Below, in pieces: positions 16,984 through 24,291 of a stretch of 24,291 nucleotides of DNA. Origin of the DNA: a virus; UHGV virus genome UHGV-0018110. One strand, 5' to 3'. The notes under the pieces are model-generated. The model saw nothing but the letters and a program-made list of their open reading frames with translations. It had not been told where the DNA came from and made no database searches. Position 1 is the stretch's first letter; the number at the start of each line of letters is the position of its first letter. Made by a program: the position numbers and the translations under genes.

Positions 16984-18753
16984 ATGACCATCTCCACCGA
17001 TACAACCTTGTTGCATGACCCGCGACGGCAGGCATCGCTGCTTTACTGGCAGGGCTTTTCCGTGCCACAGATTGCCGAAATGCTGCAGGTCAAGCGCCCG
17101 ACCGTGCAGAGCTGGAAGCAGCGCGACGGCTGGGACGGTATCGCACCGATTTCCCGCGTCGAAAGCAGCCTTGAGGCGCGCCTGATTCAGCTCATCGCCA
17201 AGCCGCAAAAGTCAGGCGGCGACTTCAAAGAGATTGACCTGCTCGGGCGGCAGATTGAGCGACTGGCGCGCGTTAACCGCTACAGCCAGACCGGCAACGA
17301 GGTCGACCTTAACCCCAATGTCGCCAACCGTAACAAGGGCGAGCGTAAGAAGCCGAAAAAGAACTTTTTCAGCGACGAGGCTATCGGGAAACTGGAGGAA
17401 TTATTTTTCGACCAGTCTTTCGAATACCAGTTGCAGTGGTACCGCGCAGGACTGGCGCACCGTATTCGCGACATTCTCAAATCCCGCCAGATTGGCGCGA
17501 CGTTCTATTTTTCCCGCGAGGCACTGCTGCGCGCACTCAAGACCGGCCATAACCAGATTTTTCTTTCAGCCAGTAAAACGCAGGCTTACGTGTTCCGTGA
17601 ATACATCATCCAGTTTGCGCGACTGGTCGACGTTGACCTGACCGGCGACCCGATTGTCATCGGCAACAACGGCGCAAAGCTGATTTTTCTCGGTACCAAT
17701 TCCAACACGGCGCAGAGCCATAATGGCGACCTGTATGTCGACGAAATTTTCTGGATCCCGAACTTTCAGCGGCTGCGCAAAGTCGCCTCGGGCATGGCCT
17801 CGCAAAAACACCTGCGCTCAACCTATTTTTCAACGCCCTCCACGCTGGCGCATGGCGCTTACCCCTTCTGGTCTGGCGAACTGTTCAACAAGGGGCGCAG
17901 CAGTATCACCGAGCGTATCGATATCGATATCAGCCATACCGCGCTCGCCGGTGGTCAGCTCTGCGACGATGGACAGTGGCGGCAGATTGTCACCATTGAG
18001 GACGCGCTTGCCGGTGGCTGCACCCTGTTTGACCTTGACCAGCTCAAACGCGAAAACAGCGCAGAAGACTTTAAAAACCTGTTTATGTGCGAATTTGTCG
18101 ACGACAAAGCGTCGGTGTTCCCGTTCGAGGAGCTGCAACGCTGCATGGTCGACGTGATGGAAGAATGGGAGGATTTTGCCCCGTTCGCCGATTATCCATT
18201 CGGATCCCGCCCGGTCTGGATTGGCTACGACCCGTCACACACTGGCGACAGCGCCGGGTGCGTCGTACTCGCGCCGCCGGTGGTCTCGGGTGGCAAGTTC
18301 CGCATGCTGGAGCGCCATCAGTGGAAAGGCATGGACTTTGCCGCACAGGCAGAGGGGATCCGAAAGCTGACCGAGAAATATAACGTTGAATACATCGGCA
18401 TTGACGCGACCGGCCTCGGCCTCGGCGTTTATCAGTTGGTGCGCTCATTCTTCCCGGCAGCGCGCGGTATCCGTTACACGCCTGAAATGAAAACCGCAAT
18501 GGTGCTCAAGGCAAAAGACACCATTCGCCGCGGCTGTCTGGAATACGACGCCGGGGCAACCGACGTCACTCAGTCGTTTATGTCCATCCGCAAAACCATG
18601 ACCAGCAGCGGGCGCAGCGCCACCTATGAGGCCAGCCGCACCGAGGAAGCCAGTCACGCCGATATCGCATGGGCGACCATGCACGCCCTGTTAAACGAAC
18701 CGCTTTCTGCCGGTAGCGGCATGCAGCCTAAATCTATTCTGGAGTTCAACTAA
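16984..18753 (+). CDS. P: Terminase ATPase (large) subunit P
   Basis: 589-aa ORF divergent from O and followed by the portal gene with TAATG overlap; P2 gpP position and size. Confidence 0.9.
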   Translation: MTISTDTTLLHDPRRQASLLYWQGFSVPQIAEMLQVKRPTVQSWKQRDGWDGIAPISRVESSLEARLIQLIAKPQKSGGDFKEIDLLGRQIERLARVNRYSQTGNEVDLNPNVANRNKGERKKPKKNFFSDEAIGKLEELFFDQSFEYQLQWYRAGLAHRIRDILKSRQIGATFYFSREALLRALKTGHNQIFLSASKTQAYVFREYIIQFARLVDVDLTGDPIVIGNNGAKLIFLGTNSNTAQSHNGDLYVDEIFWIPNFQRLRKVASGMASQKHLRSTYFSTPSTLAHGAYPFWSGELFNKGRSSITERIDIDISHTALAGGQLCDDGQWRQIVTIEDALAGGCTLFDLDQLKRENSAEDFKNLFMCEFVDDKASVFPFEELQRCMVDVMEEWEDFAPFADYPFGSRPVWIGYDPSHTGDSAGCVVLAPPVVSGGKFRMLERHQWKGMDFAAQAEGIRKLTEKYNVEYIGIDATGLGLGVYQLVRSFFPAARGIRYTPEMKTAMVLKAKDTIRRGCLEYDAGATDVTQSFMSIRKTMTSSGRSATYEASRTEEASHADIAWATMHALLNEPLSAGSGMQPKSILEFN

Positions 18754-19799
18754 TGGGTAAGCAAAAATCCCGCAAAGCCGCTGCGCAGAAGGCCAGCAAG
18801 CCACAACACCTGACCGCCAGCGCACCGCCAAAAACAACAGCTTTCACCTTCGGCGAGCCGGTGCCGGTACTCGATAAGCGCGACATTCTGGATTACGTCG
18901 AGTGCATCAGTAACGGCAAGTGGTACGAGCCGCCGGTCAGCTTCTCCGGGCTGGCAAAGAGCCTGCGCTCTGCTGTACATCACAGCTCACCGATTTACGT
19001 TAAGCGCAACGTGCTCGCGAGCACCTACATTCCGCACCCGTTGCTGTCCCGTCAGGATTTCAGCCGCTTTGCGCTCGACTATCTGGTATTCGGCAATGCC
19101 TTTCTTGAGCAGCGCCACAGCGTCACCGGCCAGTTAATCAAGCTGCTGGCCTCACCGGCCAAATACACCCGGCGCGGGGTCGACGATTCTATATTCTGGT
19201 TTGTGGAAAACTTCACTCTACCGCATGAGTTCGCGCCTGATACGGTGTTTCACCTGCTGGAGCCCGATATTAATCAGGAGATTTACGGCCTGCCCGAATA
19301 TCTCAGCGCGCTTAATTCTGCCTGGCTGAATGAATCCGCGACGCTGTTCCGCCGCAAGTATTACCAGAACGGCGCGCACGCGGGTTACATCATGTATGTG
19401 ACCGACCCGGCGCAGAGCGCGACCGACGTCGAATCGCTGCGCGAGGCGATGCGAAACTCGAAAGGGCTCGGCAACTTTAAGAACCTGTTTTTCTACGCTC
19501 CCGGCGGAAAACCGGACGGCATCAAAATCGTGCCACTGAGTGAGGTCGCCACAAAGGATGACTTTTTCAACATCAAGAAAGCCAGCGCCGCCGACCTGAT
19601 GGACGCGCACCGCGTACCGTTCCAGCTCATGGGCGGCAAGCCCGAGAATATCGGTTCGCTCGGTGACGTTGAGAAGGTGGCAAAAGTATTTGTGCGTAAC
19701 GAGCTGTCACCCCTGCAGGACAGGTTCAGGGAGGTAAACGACTGGCTCGGCATGGAGGTCATCAGGTTCAAAGAGTACACCCTCGACAACCCGGAATAA
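18753..19799 (+). CDS. Q: Portal (capsid) protein Q
   Basis: 348-aa ORF immediately after P and followed by a terminator and the cos site, as in P2/186. Confidence 0.9.
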   Translation: MGKQKSRKAAAQKASKPQHLTASAPPKTTAFTFGEPVPVLDKRDILDYVECISNGKWYEPPVSFSGLAKSLRSAVHHSSPIYVKRNVLASTYIPHPLLSRQDFSRFALDYLVFGNAFLEQRHSVTGQLIKLLASPAKYTRRGVDDSIFWFVENFTLPHEFAPDTVFHLLEPDINQEIYGLPEYLSALNSAWLNESATLFRRKYYQNGAHAGYIMYVTDPAQSATDVESLREAMRNSKGLGNFKNLFFYAPGGKPDGIKIVPLSEVATKDDFFNIKKASAADLMDAHRVPFQLMGGKPENIGSLGDVEKVAKVFVRNELSPLQDRFREVNDWLGMEVIRFKEYTLDNPE

Positions 19800-19807
19800 T
19801 CCCCCTC

Positions 19808-19832
19808 AAGCCGCCAGCATGGCGGCTTTTTC
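19808..19832 (+). terminator. Rho-independent terminator after Q
   Basis: Perfect 7-bp stem gccgcca-gca-tggcggc (19810-19826) followed by ttttt. Confidence 0.7.
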
Positions 19833-19975
19833 ATACCCCGCCACCATCACGCCTCAGATGCGCCACACGCGCACCACCACACCCGACCACCAACGAACCG
19901 ACAGCGACCACGACCGCGCCATCACGACGCGCTCAGACGATAATTTTTATTATTACGCACCACCGCTGGCGCGCA

Positions 19976-19994
19976 ATGCTTTCCCCGCCACGCC
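19976..19994 (-). other. cos site (19-nt cohesive end) of a P2/186-family phage
   Basis: The reverse complement of 19976-19994 is GGCGTGGCGGGGAAAGCAT, identical to the 186 cohesive end and two mismatches from P2 GGCGAGGCGGGGAAAGCAC as I recall them. Adjacent sequence (tgcgcgc.agcggtggtgc, cgtctgagcgcgtcgtga) also resembles the P2 left-end sequence. Confidence 0.6.
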
Positions 19995-20089
19995 TGCCCG
20001 CTTAACGGGTCGCTTTTAATGCAGGTGCATCAGGAGCCCCGAGCCGCGCCAGCGCTGGCGCTGGCTCACAAATTCTGGAATCAAAAACG

Positions 20090-20225
20090 CATGCAATTTA
20101 ATGCAAGATAATGCATTCAAATTGAGTTTATGATACTGATCGGTCAGTCATGCCTTCATTCTTAGGTTTGATATGGCACAGGCTACCTTGTAACAATTAG
20201 GGATTTTTCAAAAAGGTGACTACCC
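20090..20225 (+). promoter_or_regulatory. Putative promoter/operator region of the AT-rich three-gene operon
   Basis: AT-rich leader with three ATGCA motifs (atgcaattta atgcaagata atgcattc, 20091-20118), -10-like tatgat and taacaat candidates, and AAGGTGA about 7 nt before the ATG at 20226. Confidence 0.35.
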
Positions 20226-21284
20226 ATGGCAGGTGAAACTCAAAATATTTCAGCAATGGCGGAAAAGATATCTTCCGATTTATTTAAGTGGTTCAAGTGG
20301 GAGCTTGTTGGGGTAACCAATGAAAACTTTCAGTGTTTGAAGTCTACGCAACATAAAACAAAGTCTGGAACACACCCGACTGATGTTGTTTTTTCCTATA
20401 AGGATCCATACTTAAATCGGACGATTTTTTTAAATACAGATTTAAAAAGTTATGTAAAAGGGTCGATAACAGCAACCTCAATGCGAAACGCATTAGTCTC
20501 ATTGGCTAACTCTATTGATTGCGCAGAAGGTAGCAAGGAATGGAAGGATAGATACTCTTATCAAAGTGGCTCTTCTGAGGTTAGAGGAATGCTCTTTGTA
20601 TATAATCATGATGGTGAGTTTGACAGATCGTTCTATGATGTGTTTTATCAGTCTTATAATGCAGAAACTGATAAAACAAAACGGGGTATTAACCTTGATA
20701 ATATTCCTCTAAAACAAGGTCAGAAGATTCATATTATTGAGCCGAGAACTATAAATTATTTGCAATCAATAATTACGGACTTGTCTCAACTGAGTCACAA
20801 TCGAGAATTTCCTTTAGGTAAAAATTACCAGTTCTTTTACCCAGACCTATCACTTCATAAAGTTAGCGGGTCACCTGAAGAACACCCGGCAACAGTAGAG
20901 TTGTTAACGGGGCCTTTTTTGATAATTAAACACAACGATGTTAAACATTGTGATGAAGAAACTTTAGAGTGGAAAACAACCTATAAGCATGGTTATGTTA
21001 TTTATTACAATGGCGAGGGTAATAATGAATTAGAGTTTGTTTATATTCTTGATACGTTATCAAAATACCAACTCTTGGATGGAAATGAAAAGATAAGAAT
21101 TAGAATTGTACATCCAAGCATTTATAAAGATGTTCGCAGTATTTTTATGCGTGCTAAGGAAACATACTGTAGAGAATGGGGTTTCGATGAACATAAAAAA
21201 ACCATCATTGATGCCATTGATTTTCACCAAGTTGAATTTACAAAACCTCACTTCAGTTCTGTTGAGATTGGTTGGGAGCGATAA
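20226..21284 (+). CDS. Hypothetical protein, operon gene 1; possible PD-(D/E)xK-type nuclease motif near the N-terminus
   Basis: 352-aa ORF with good RBS and AT-rich codon usage. Residues around 50-74 read HPTDVVF...IFLNTDLKSY, a hPD...(D/E)xK-like arrangement. No family recognised. Confidence 0.7.
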   Translation: MAGETQNISAMAEKISSDLFKWFKWELVGVTNENFQCLKSTQHKTKSGTHPTDVVFSYKDPYLNRTIFLNTDLKSYVKGSITATSMRNALVSLANSIDCAEGSKEWKDRYSYQSGSSEVRGMLFVYNHDGEFDRSFYDVFYQSYNAETDKTKRGINLDNIPLKQGQKIHIIEPRTINYLQSIITDLSQLSHNREFPLGKNYQFFYPDLSLHKVSGSPEEHPATVELLTGPFLIIKHNDVKHCDEETLEWKTTYKHGYVIYYNGEGNNELEFVYILDTLSKYQLLDGNEKIRIRIVHPSIYKDVRSIFMRAKETYCREWGFDEHKKTIIDAIDFHQVEFTKPHFSSVEIGWER

Positions 21285-21286
21285 GT

Positions 21287-22411
21287 ATGAAAATCGGTTT
21301 GTATAGCGTTAATGACAAAGCTATGTTTGATGCTCTCAATCAAACAAAGGTGACTCATGAAGACATGAAAAGCCTTTTTTTCAAAAGAGGCACTATTATT
21401 TCTAAGGATACAAAACGGAAGACTTTAGCTTTGGATTTTTCGAAGAACTTCCACGGCTATTATGACTTTGAATATTTATCAGAAATTCTTGGATCTGTAG
21501 GGAGAAGAGAGAAAGTATCAATTAATATTGTCAACAGTGCAATTAGTTTAAGTGATATGGAAGTCACAATAAAATCTATATGTGAAGAATTACAAAAAGA
21601 GGGGGATGTAACAAATATCAATTACACCGAGAATGGATTTGAGGTGTCAGTAAAATATGTCAAGCTGGATTTTAAAATGAGCGAGTTTCGGCAATCCTCA
21701 TCTCGCGAGGCTAAAATACAAGTAGAGTTGAATGATGAGGGAGAGTATATTACGCGCTTCCCTCAGAATGCCAAGGCACATGAGTTTAATGAACTTTTGA
21801 TTAAAAAAATAAAAGAAACTAATAATGATGAGCCTGTAAGTCTTGAAGAGATATCGCTTGAAACGGTCAAAGATTCAAATGAACGTAGTCGTTTCTTTAA
21901 AGAACTGATCGTTAGTATGCCAAATTACAAATGTGTCGATGTGTCAGATGTTTATGTCACCCATCCAGTATTAGAGGTTAAAAAACCATCTGAATCTGAA
22001 GATGATGAAGATGACTCGGATGAGGATGATGATGCTGTAATAGACACTGGGTATCATATTTCAAAGGCATCATTGAAAGGAAGGGGTGTCCTTGAATCAC
22101 CAGAACTGGAAGAGTTATTGGGTAATGGGTTTTACATTACAAAGATAATATGGAGTTCGGTAGTCGAAGGTTTTAAAGACTCCGATAAGTATGAATTCGA
22201 AGCCCAGTTTGTGGATCCGGATAAATGTAAGCTGTTTTCTTATCTCGTTCGTGGATGTTATAAATATAAAAAAGTAAATGTGTTTACTAATCGGCAAAAT
22301 GTGGATAAGGAAAAAGAAAATGTGCTATTATTATCAATAGAAAAAACGGCTCGAGAAATCTCTAATAGAATAATATCTTTAAATACTCTCGAGGTAGTCA
22401 CTGAAAAATAA
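21287..22411 (+). CDS. Hypothetical protein, operon gene 2; contains a poly-acidic tract
   Basis: ATG 2 nt after the gene 1 stop with GGGAG upstream (the track ORF begins slightly earlier at a TTG); about 374 aa; tract SESEDDEDDSDEDDD at nt 21989-22033. No recognised motifs. Confidence 0.7.
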   Translation: MKIGLYSVNDKAMFDALNQTKVTHEDMKSLFFKRGTIISKDTKRKTLALDFSKNFHGYYDFEYLSEILGSVGRREKVSINIVNSAISLSDMEVTIKSICEELQKEGDVTNINYTENGFEVSVKYVKLDFKMSEFRQSSSREAKIQVELNDEGEYITRFPQNAKAHEFNELLIKKIKETNNDEPVSLEEISLETVKDSNERSRFFKELIVSMPNYKCVDVSDVYVTHPVLEVKKPSESEDDEDDSDEDDDAVIDTGYHISKASLKGRGVLESPELEELLGNGFYITKIIWSSVVEGFKDSDKYEFEAQFVDPDKCKLFSYLVRGCYKYKKVNVFTNRQNVDKEKENVLLLSIEKTAREISNRIISLNTLEVVTEK

Positions 22412-22422
22412 AAGGAGTTGTT

Positions 22423-23094
22423 ATGAAAACAAAATGGTTTACTGCCAACTTCCCTGCCGGTCTCGATAGGTTATACCAGGCCATCATAAACACGCCTTTT
22501 GACAGTGACAAAGGTTGGGGGTTTAGTATTCTTTCATATGAAGATAAGTATATATCTTCAAAATATATTGAAAGGGTTGAGGTAAGCGAAGTAATCATAG
22601 ACCCCTATGGTAATGAAACTGAGTTTAATCATTTCAAATATGTGCAGTTTAACTTTTGGTTTTTTAAAGCTCAAGGCGGTAACTTCATTTTAATAATTGA
22701 TTCTCCGCCTAGAAGTATCAAGGGTTTTATCTCCAATGTGATTAAGGCAACTGAATCCGATTTTAATGTTTCTTATCTTGTGATTCAAATTGATGAGTTT
22801 ATAAAATTTATCACGCCTCACTTCGAAAAGGTTCAGGTGCACAAGGCCAAATTAAAGGATTTGACTTTTAGTAAAAATACATCTGGCATTTTAGAACTTG
22901 AGTCTTCAAATGACGCGATAGATGAGATGAGAAATATTTTTAAAAATGCAAAATTCACGATTGATAAAGTTAAATTGAGTGTTAAATCTAACACTGGCAA
23001 TGAAACATTAGAAGTGAATTCCAATGGTTCTCTTAGCTTCTCAGAGGAGCTTTTTGATAAGATATTCTCTGCAGTTGAGCGTTTCACTTTCTAA
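22423..23094 (+). CDS. Hypothetical protein, operon gene 3
   Basis: 223-aa ORF with a canonical AAGGAG RBS 5 nt upstream, 11 nt after gene 2; AT-rich; followed by a terminator. No recognised motifs. Confidence 0.7.
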   Translation: MKTKWFTANFPAGLDRLYQAIINTPFDSDKGWGFSILSYEDKYISSKYIERVEVSEVIIDPYGNETEFNHFKYVQFNFWFFKAQGGNFILIIDSPPRSIKGFISNVIKATESDFNVSYLVIQIDEFIKFITPHFEKVQVHKAKLKDLTFSKNTSGILELESSNDAIDEMRNIFKNAKFTIDKVKLSVKSNTGNETLEVNSNGSLSFSEELFDKIFSAVERFTF

Positions 23095-23106
23095 GATAGA
23101 GTTGAA

Positions 23107-23142
23107 AAGCACTCTTAGTAAAATAAGGGTGCTTTTCATTTT
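23107..23142 (+). terminator. Rho-independent terminator of the three-gene operon
   Basis: Stem aagcactctta / taagggtgctt (one mismatch), loop gtaaaa, followed by ttcatttt. Confidence 0.5.
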
Positions 23143-23284
23143 AACTTTAAAAGTTTTTCGAAATCCGAAAGTGTTCGCGAGATTTGTTACCTCGTATTCA
23201 TTTTGATTAGCGAGTTTTTATCAAGGTCAATGCTCTTATAGGTATCGAAACCTGAGCCCGCATGTAATACCCGGAGCTTAAATT

Positions 23285-23467
23285 CTATTCGGCTTTATAG
23301 AAAATATCCGGGTCATCCTCAGCACTTTCACTGTTCGCTAAATCAGCAATAAGAGTGAGTGCGAGCTTAAGGTCTGACGGTTTGCAATTTGCAATCAGAG
23401 ACACCTCTGCAATGAATTGTACACAAGCCCACTTTTGCTGAGTTCGGCTGAAATGTTCGCCAACCAT
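23285..23467 (-). CDS. Small hypothetical protein downstream of a LexA box (candidate SOS-induced gene; tum/antirepressor-like position)
   Basis: 60-aa ORF with a strong SD (GGGAGGG 5 nt before ATG) and a consensus LexA box 22 nt upstream of the start codon; acidic C-terminus. No sequence identity to a known protein established. Confidence 0.4.
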   Translation of the reverse strand: MVGEHFSRTQQKWACVQFIAEVSLIANCKPSDLKLALTLIADLANSESAEDDPDIFYKAE

Positions 23468-23489
23468 GAAATCCCTCCCATAGAGTTTT

Positions 23490-23509
23490 TACTGTATGTT
23501 TGTACAGTA
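23490..23509. promoter_or_regulatory. LexA (SOS) box
   Basis: tACTGTatgtttgtACAGta: perfect CTGT-N8-ACAG palindrome with consensus-like TA flanks, in the gap between the A-like gene stop and the small ORF. Confidence 0.65.
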
Positions 23510-23583
23510 TCACGTATTGGCAAAAGATGGGAAGAAAAAAAACGAATAGGTCGATTGCCGTATGTGCATGATATGGATATGAA

Positions 23584-24291
23584 TTACTCATGTATTGGTT
23601 TTGATGCTTTAGCCATCACCGCAACACGATTAAGGATTTTCCGAGCTTTAGCCTCATGCGATGGCGCTGCGGAAAATATTTCTCCTTTGGCCGTTCCGCG
23701 TAGCCATTTGCCATCAAAACAACTTTTACCACCGGCCATCAGGTGCAGCGCTTCGCCCCGGCTGATTGTGATGCCGGTTGTCAGATGTATCTCGTCGATA
23801 GTTTTCGCTATAGCTGCGTTTTGCTCATCCGTTCCGTGGATAATTTTTCGCCGTGTTGCTGGCTTTTGCTTCCTTAGTCGGTTGGTCAACTCTCGTCTTT
23901 CACGCCGACTCAGAGGTTTTGTTAAATCCAGTATCGGTGGATCGCTTTCGCTTCCCGTACAGTTATTGACAGAACTCCGAGAGGGCGCAGGAGCGCCCTT
24001 AACGTCAACGGCCAAATCAACGGCACGCTTAGGCACAATTTTCCACTGCGTTAACCGGGTTAAAATAGGGGTACCAGCGCCGACAACAGAGTCGTAAACA
24101 CCACGGATACAGACGGTTTCCTCGCCATACTGATTAAAATCAGCGCGCGGTTCATACAGTGTGCGCACCTGCAAATCATCGCGACGGACAAACGGCCCAC
24201 CCTGCGCATTAACGTAACCAGCCCAGTCACCGGCGTCAGCGGCATCATGGACGGCGGCAAATTCAACGCTCAGACCGTGCGCGGTCTCGGT
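23584..24291 (-). CDS. A: Replication initiation protein (gpA-like), C-terminal part; ORF continues beyond the window edge
   Basis: Open minus-strand frame from the window edge to the stop at 23584 (236 codons, no stop); assigned mainly by position next to the cos-proximal accessory slot, as in P2/186; not confirmed by sequence recall. Confidence 0.45.
   Translation of the reverse strand, partial: TETAHGLSVEFAAVHDAADAGDWAGYVNAQGGPFVRRDDLQVRTLYEPRADFNQYGEETVCIRGVYDSVVGAGTPILTRLTQWKIVPKRAVDLAVDVKGAPAPSRSSVNNCTGSESDPPILDLTKPLSRRERRELTNRLRKQKPATRRKIIHGTDEQNAAIAKTIDEIHLTTGITISRGEALHLMAGGKSCFDGKWLRGTAKGEIFSAAPSHEAKARKILNRVAVMAKASKPIHE

Larger units (their letters stand above)
149..24291. mobile_element. 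P2/186-family prophage (partial): right attachment end to the replication gene; int/immunity region outside window
   Basis: Complete colinear P2-like late-gene set, cos site, ogr at the end abutting host rplS; the left boundary is approximate, somewhere within 73-230. Confidence 0.9.

Noticed and set aside
19819-20019. 66-aa plus-strand ORF spanning the cos region
   Set aside because: Pro/Thr/Arg-rich, no RBS, and it overlaps the cos site and the Q terminator region; non-coding packaging DNA is more plausible.
23417-24097. 226-aa plus-strand ORF
   Set aside because: Runs antisense through the LexA box, the small minus ORF and the gpA-like gene; the minus-strand genes have better signals and genomic logic.
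1-24291. Search for tRNA, rRNA, CRISPR arrays, IS elements and integrase
   Set aside because: No cloverleaf-like tRNA at the junction, no regularly spaced repeat array and no transposase-like ORF were seen; integrase and repressor are expected on the far side of the prophage, outside this window.

Overview
This window is the host junction and most of a P2/186-family temperate prophage (Enterobacteriaceae-type, GC-rich). It opens with the 3' end of host rplS (L19) and its terminator, then a short arm region with GTCCAC repeats, then ogr and the full late-gene set: tail D-U-T-E/E'-FII-FI, tail fibre G-H, baseplate I-J-W-V, S-R, lysis lysC/lysB-K-Y, X-L, capsid and packaging M-N-O on the minus strand, and P and Q on the plus strand. 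A 19-nt cos site identical to the 186 cohesive end as I recall it lies about 180 bp past Q. Beyond cos, in the slot that holds old/tin in P2 and tum in 186, sits a visibly AT-rich three-gene plus-strand operon (20226-23094) with no family I can recognise; it is the best candidate for an undescribed, probably anti-phage, system. Facing it is a small minus-strand ORF behind a consensus LexA box, then the 3' end of a gpA-like replication gene. All family assignments are from my recall of P2/186 proteins, not from a database search. No tRNA, rRNA, CRISPR array or IS element was seen. The integrase and immunity region lies outside the window.
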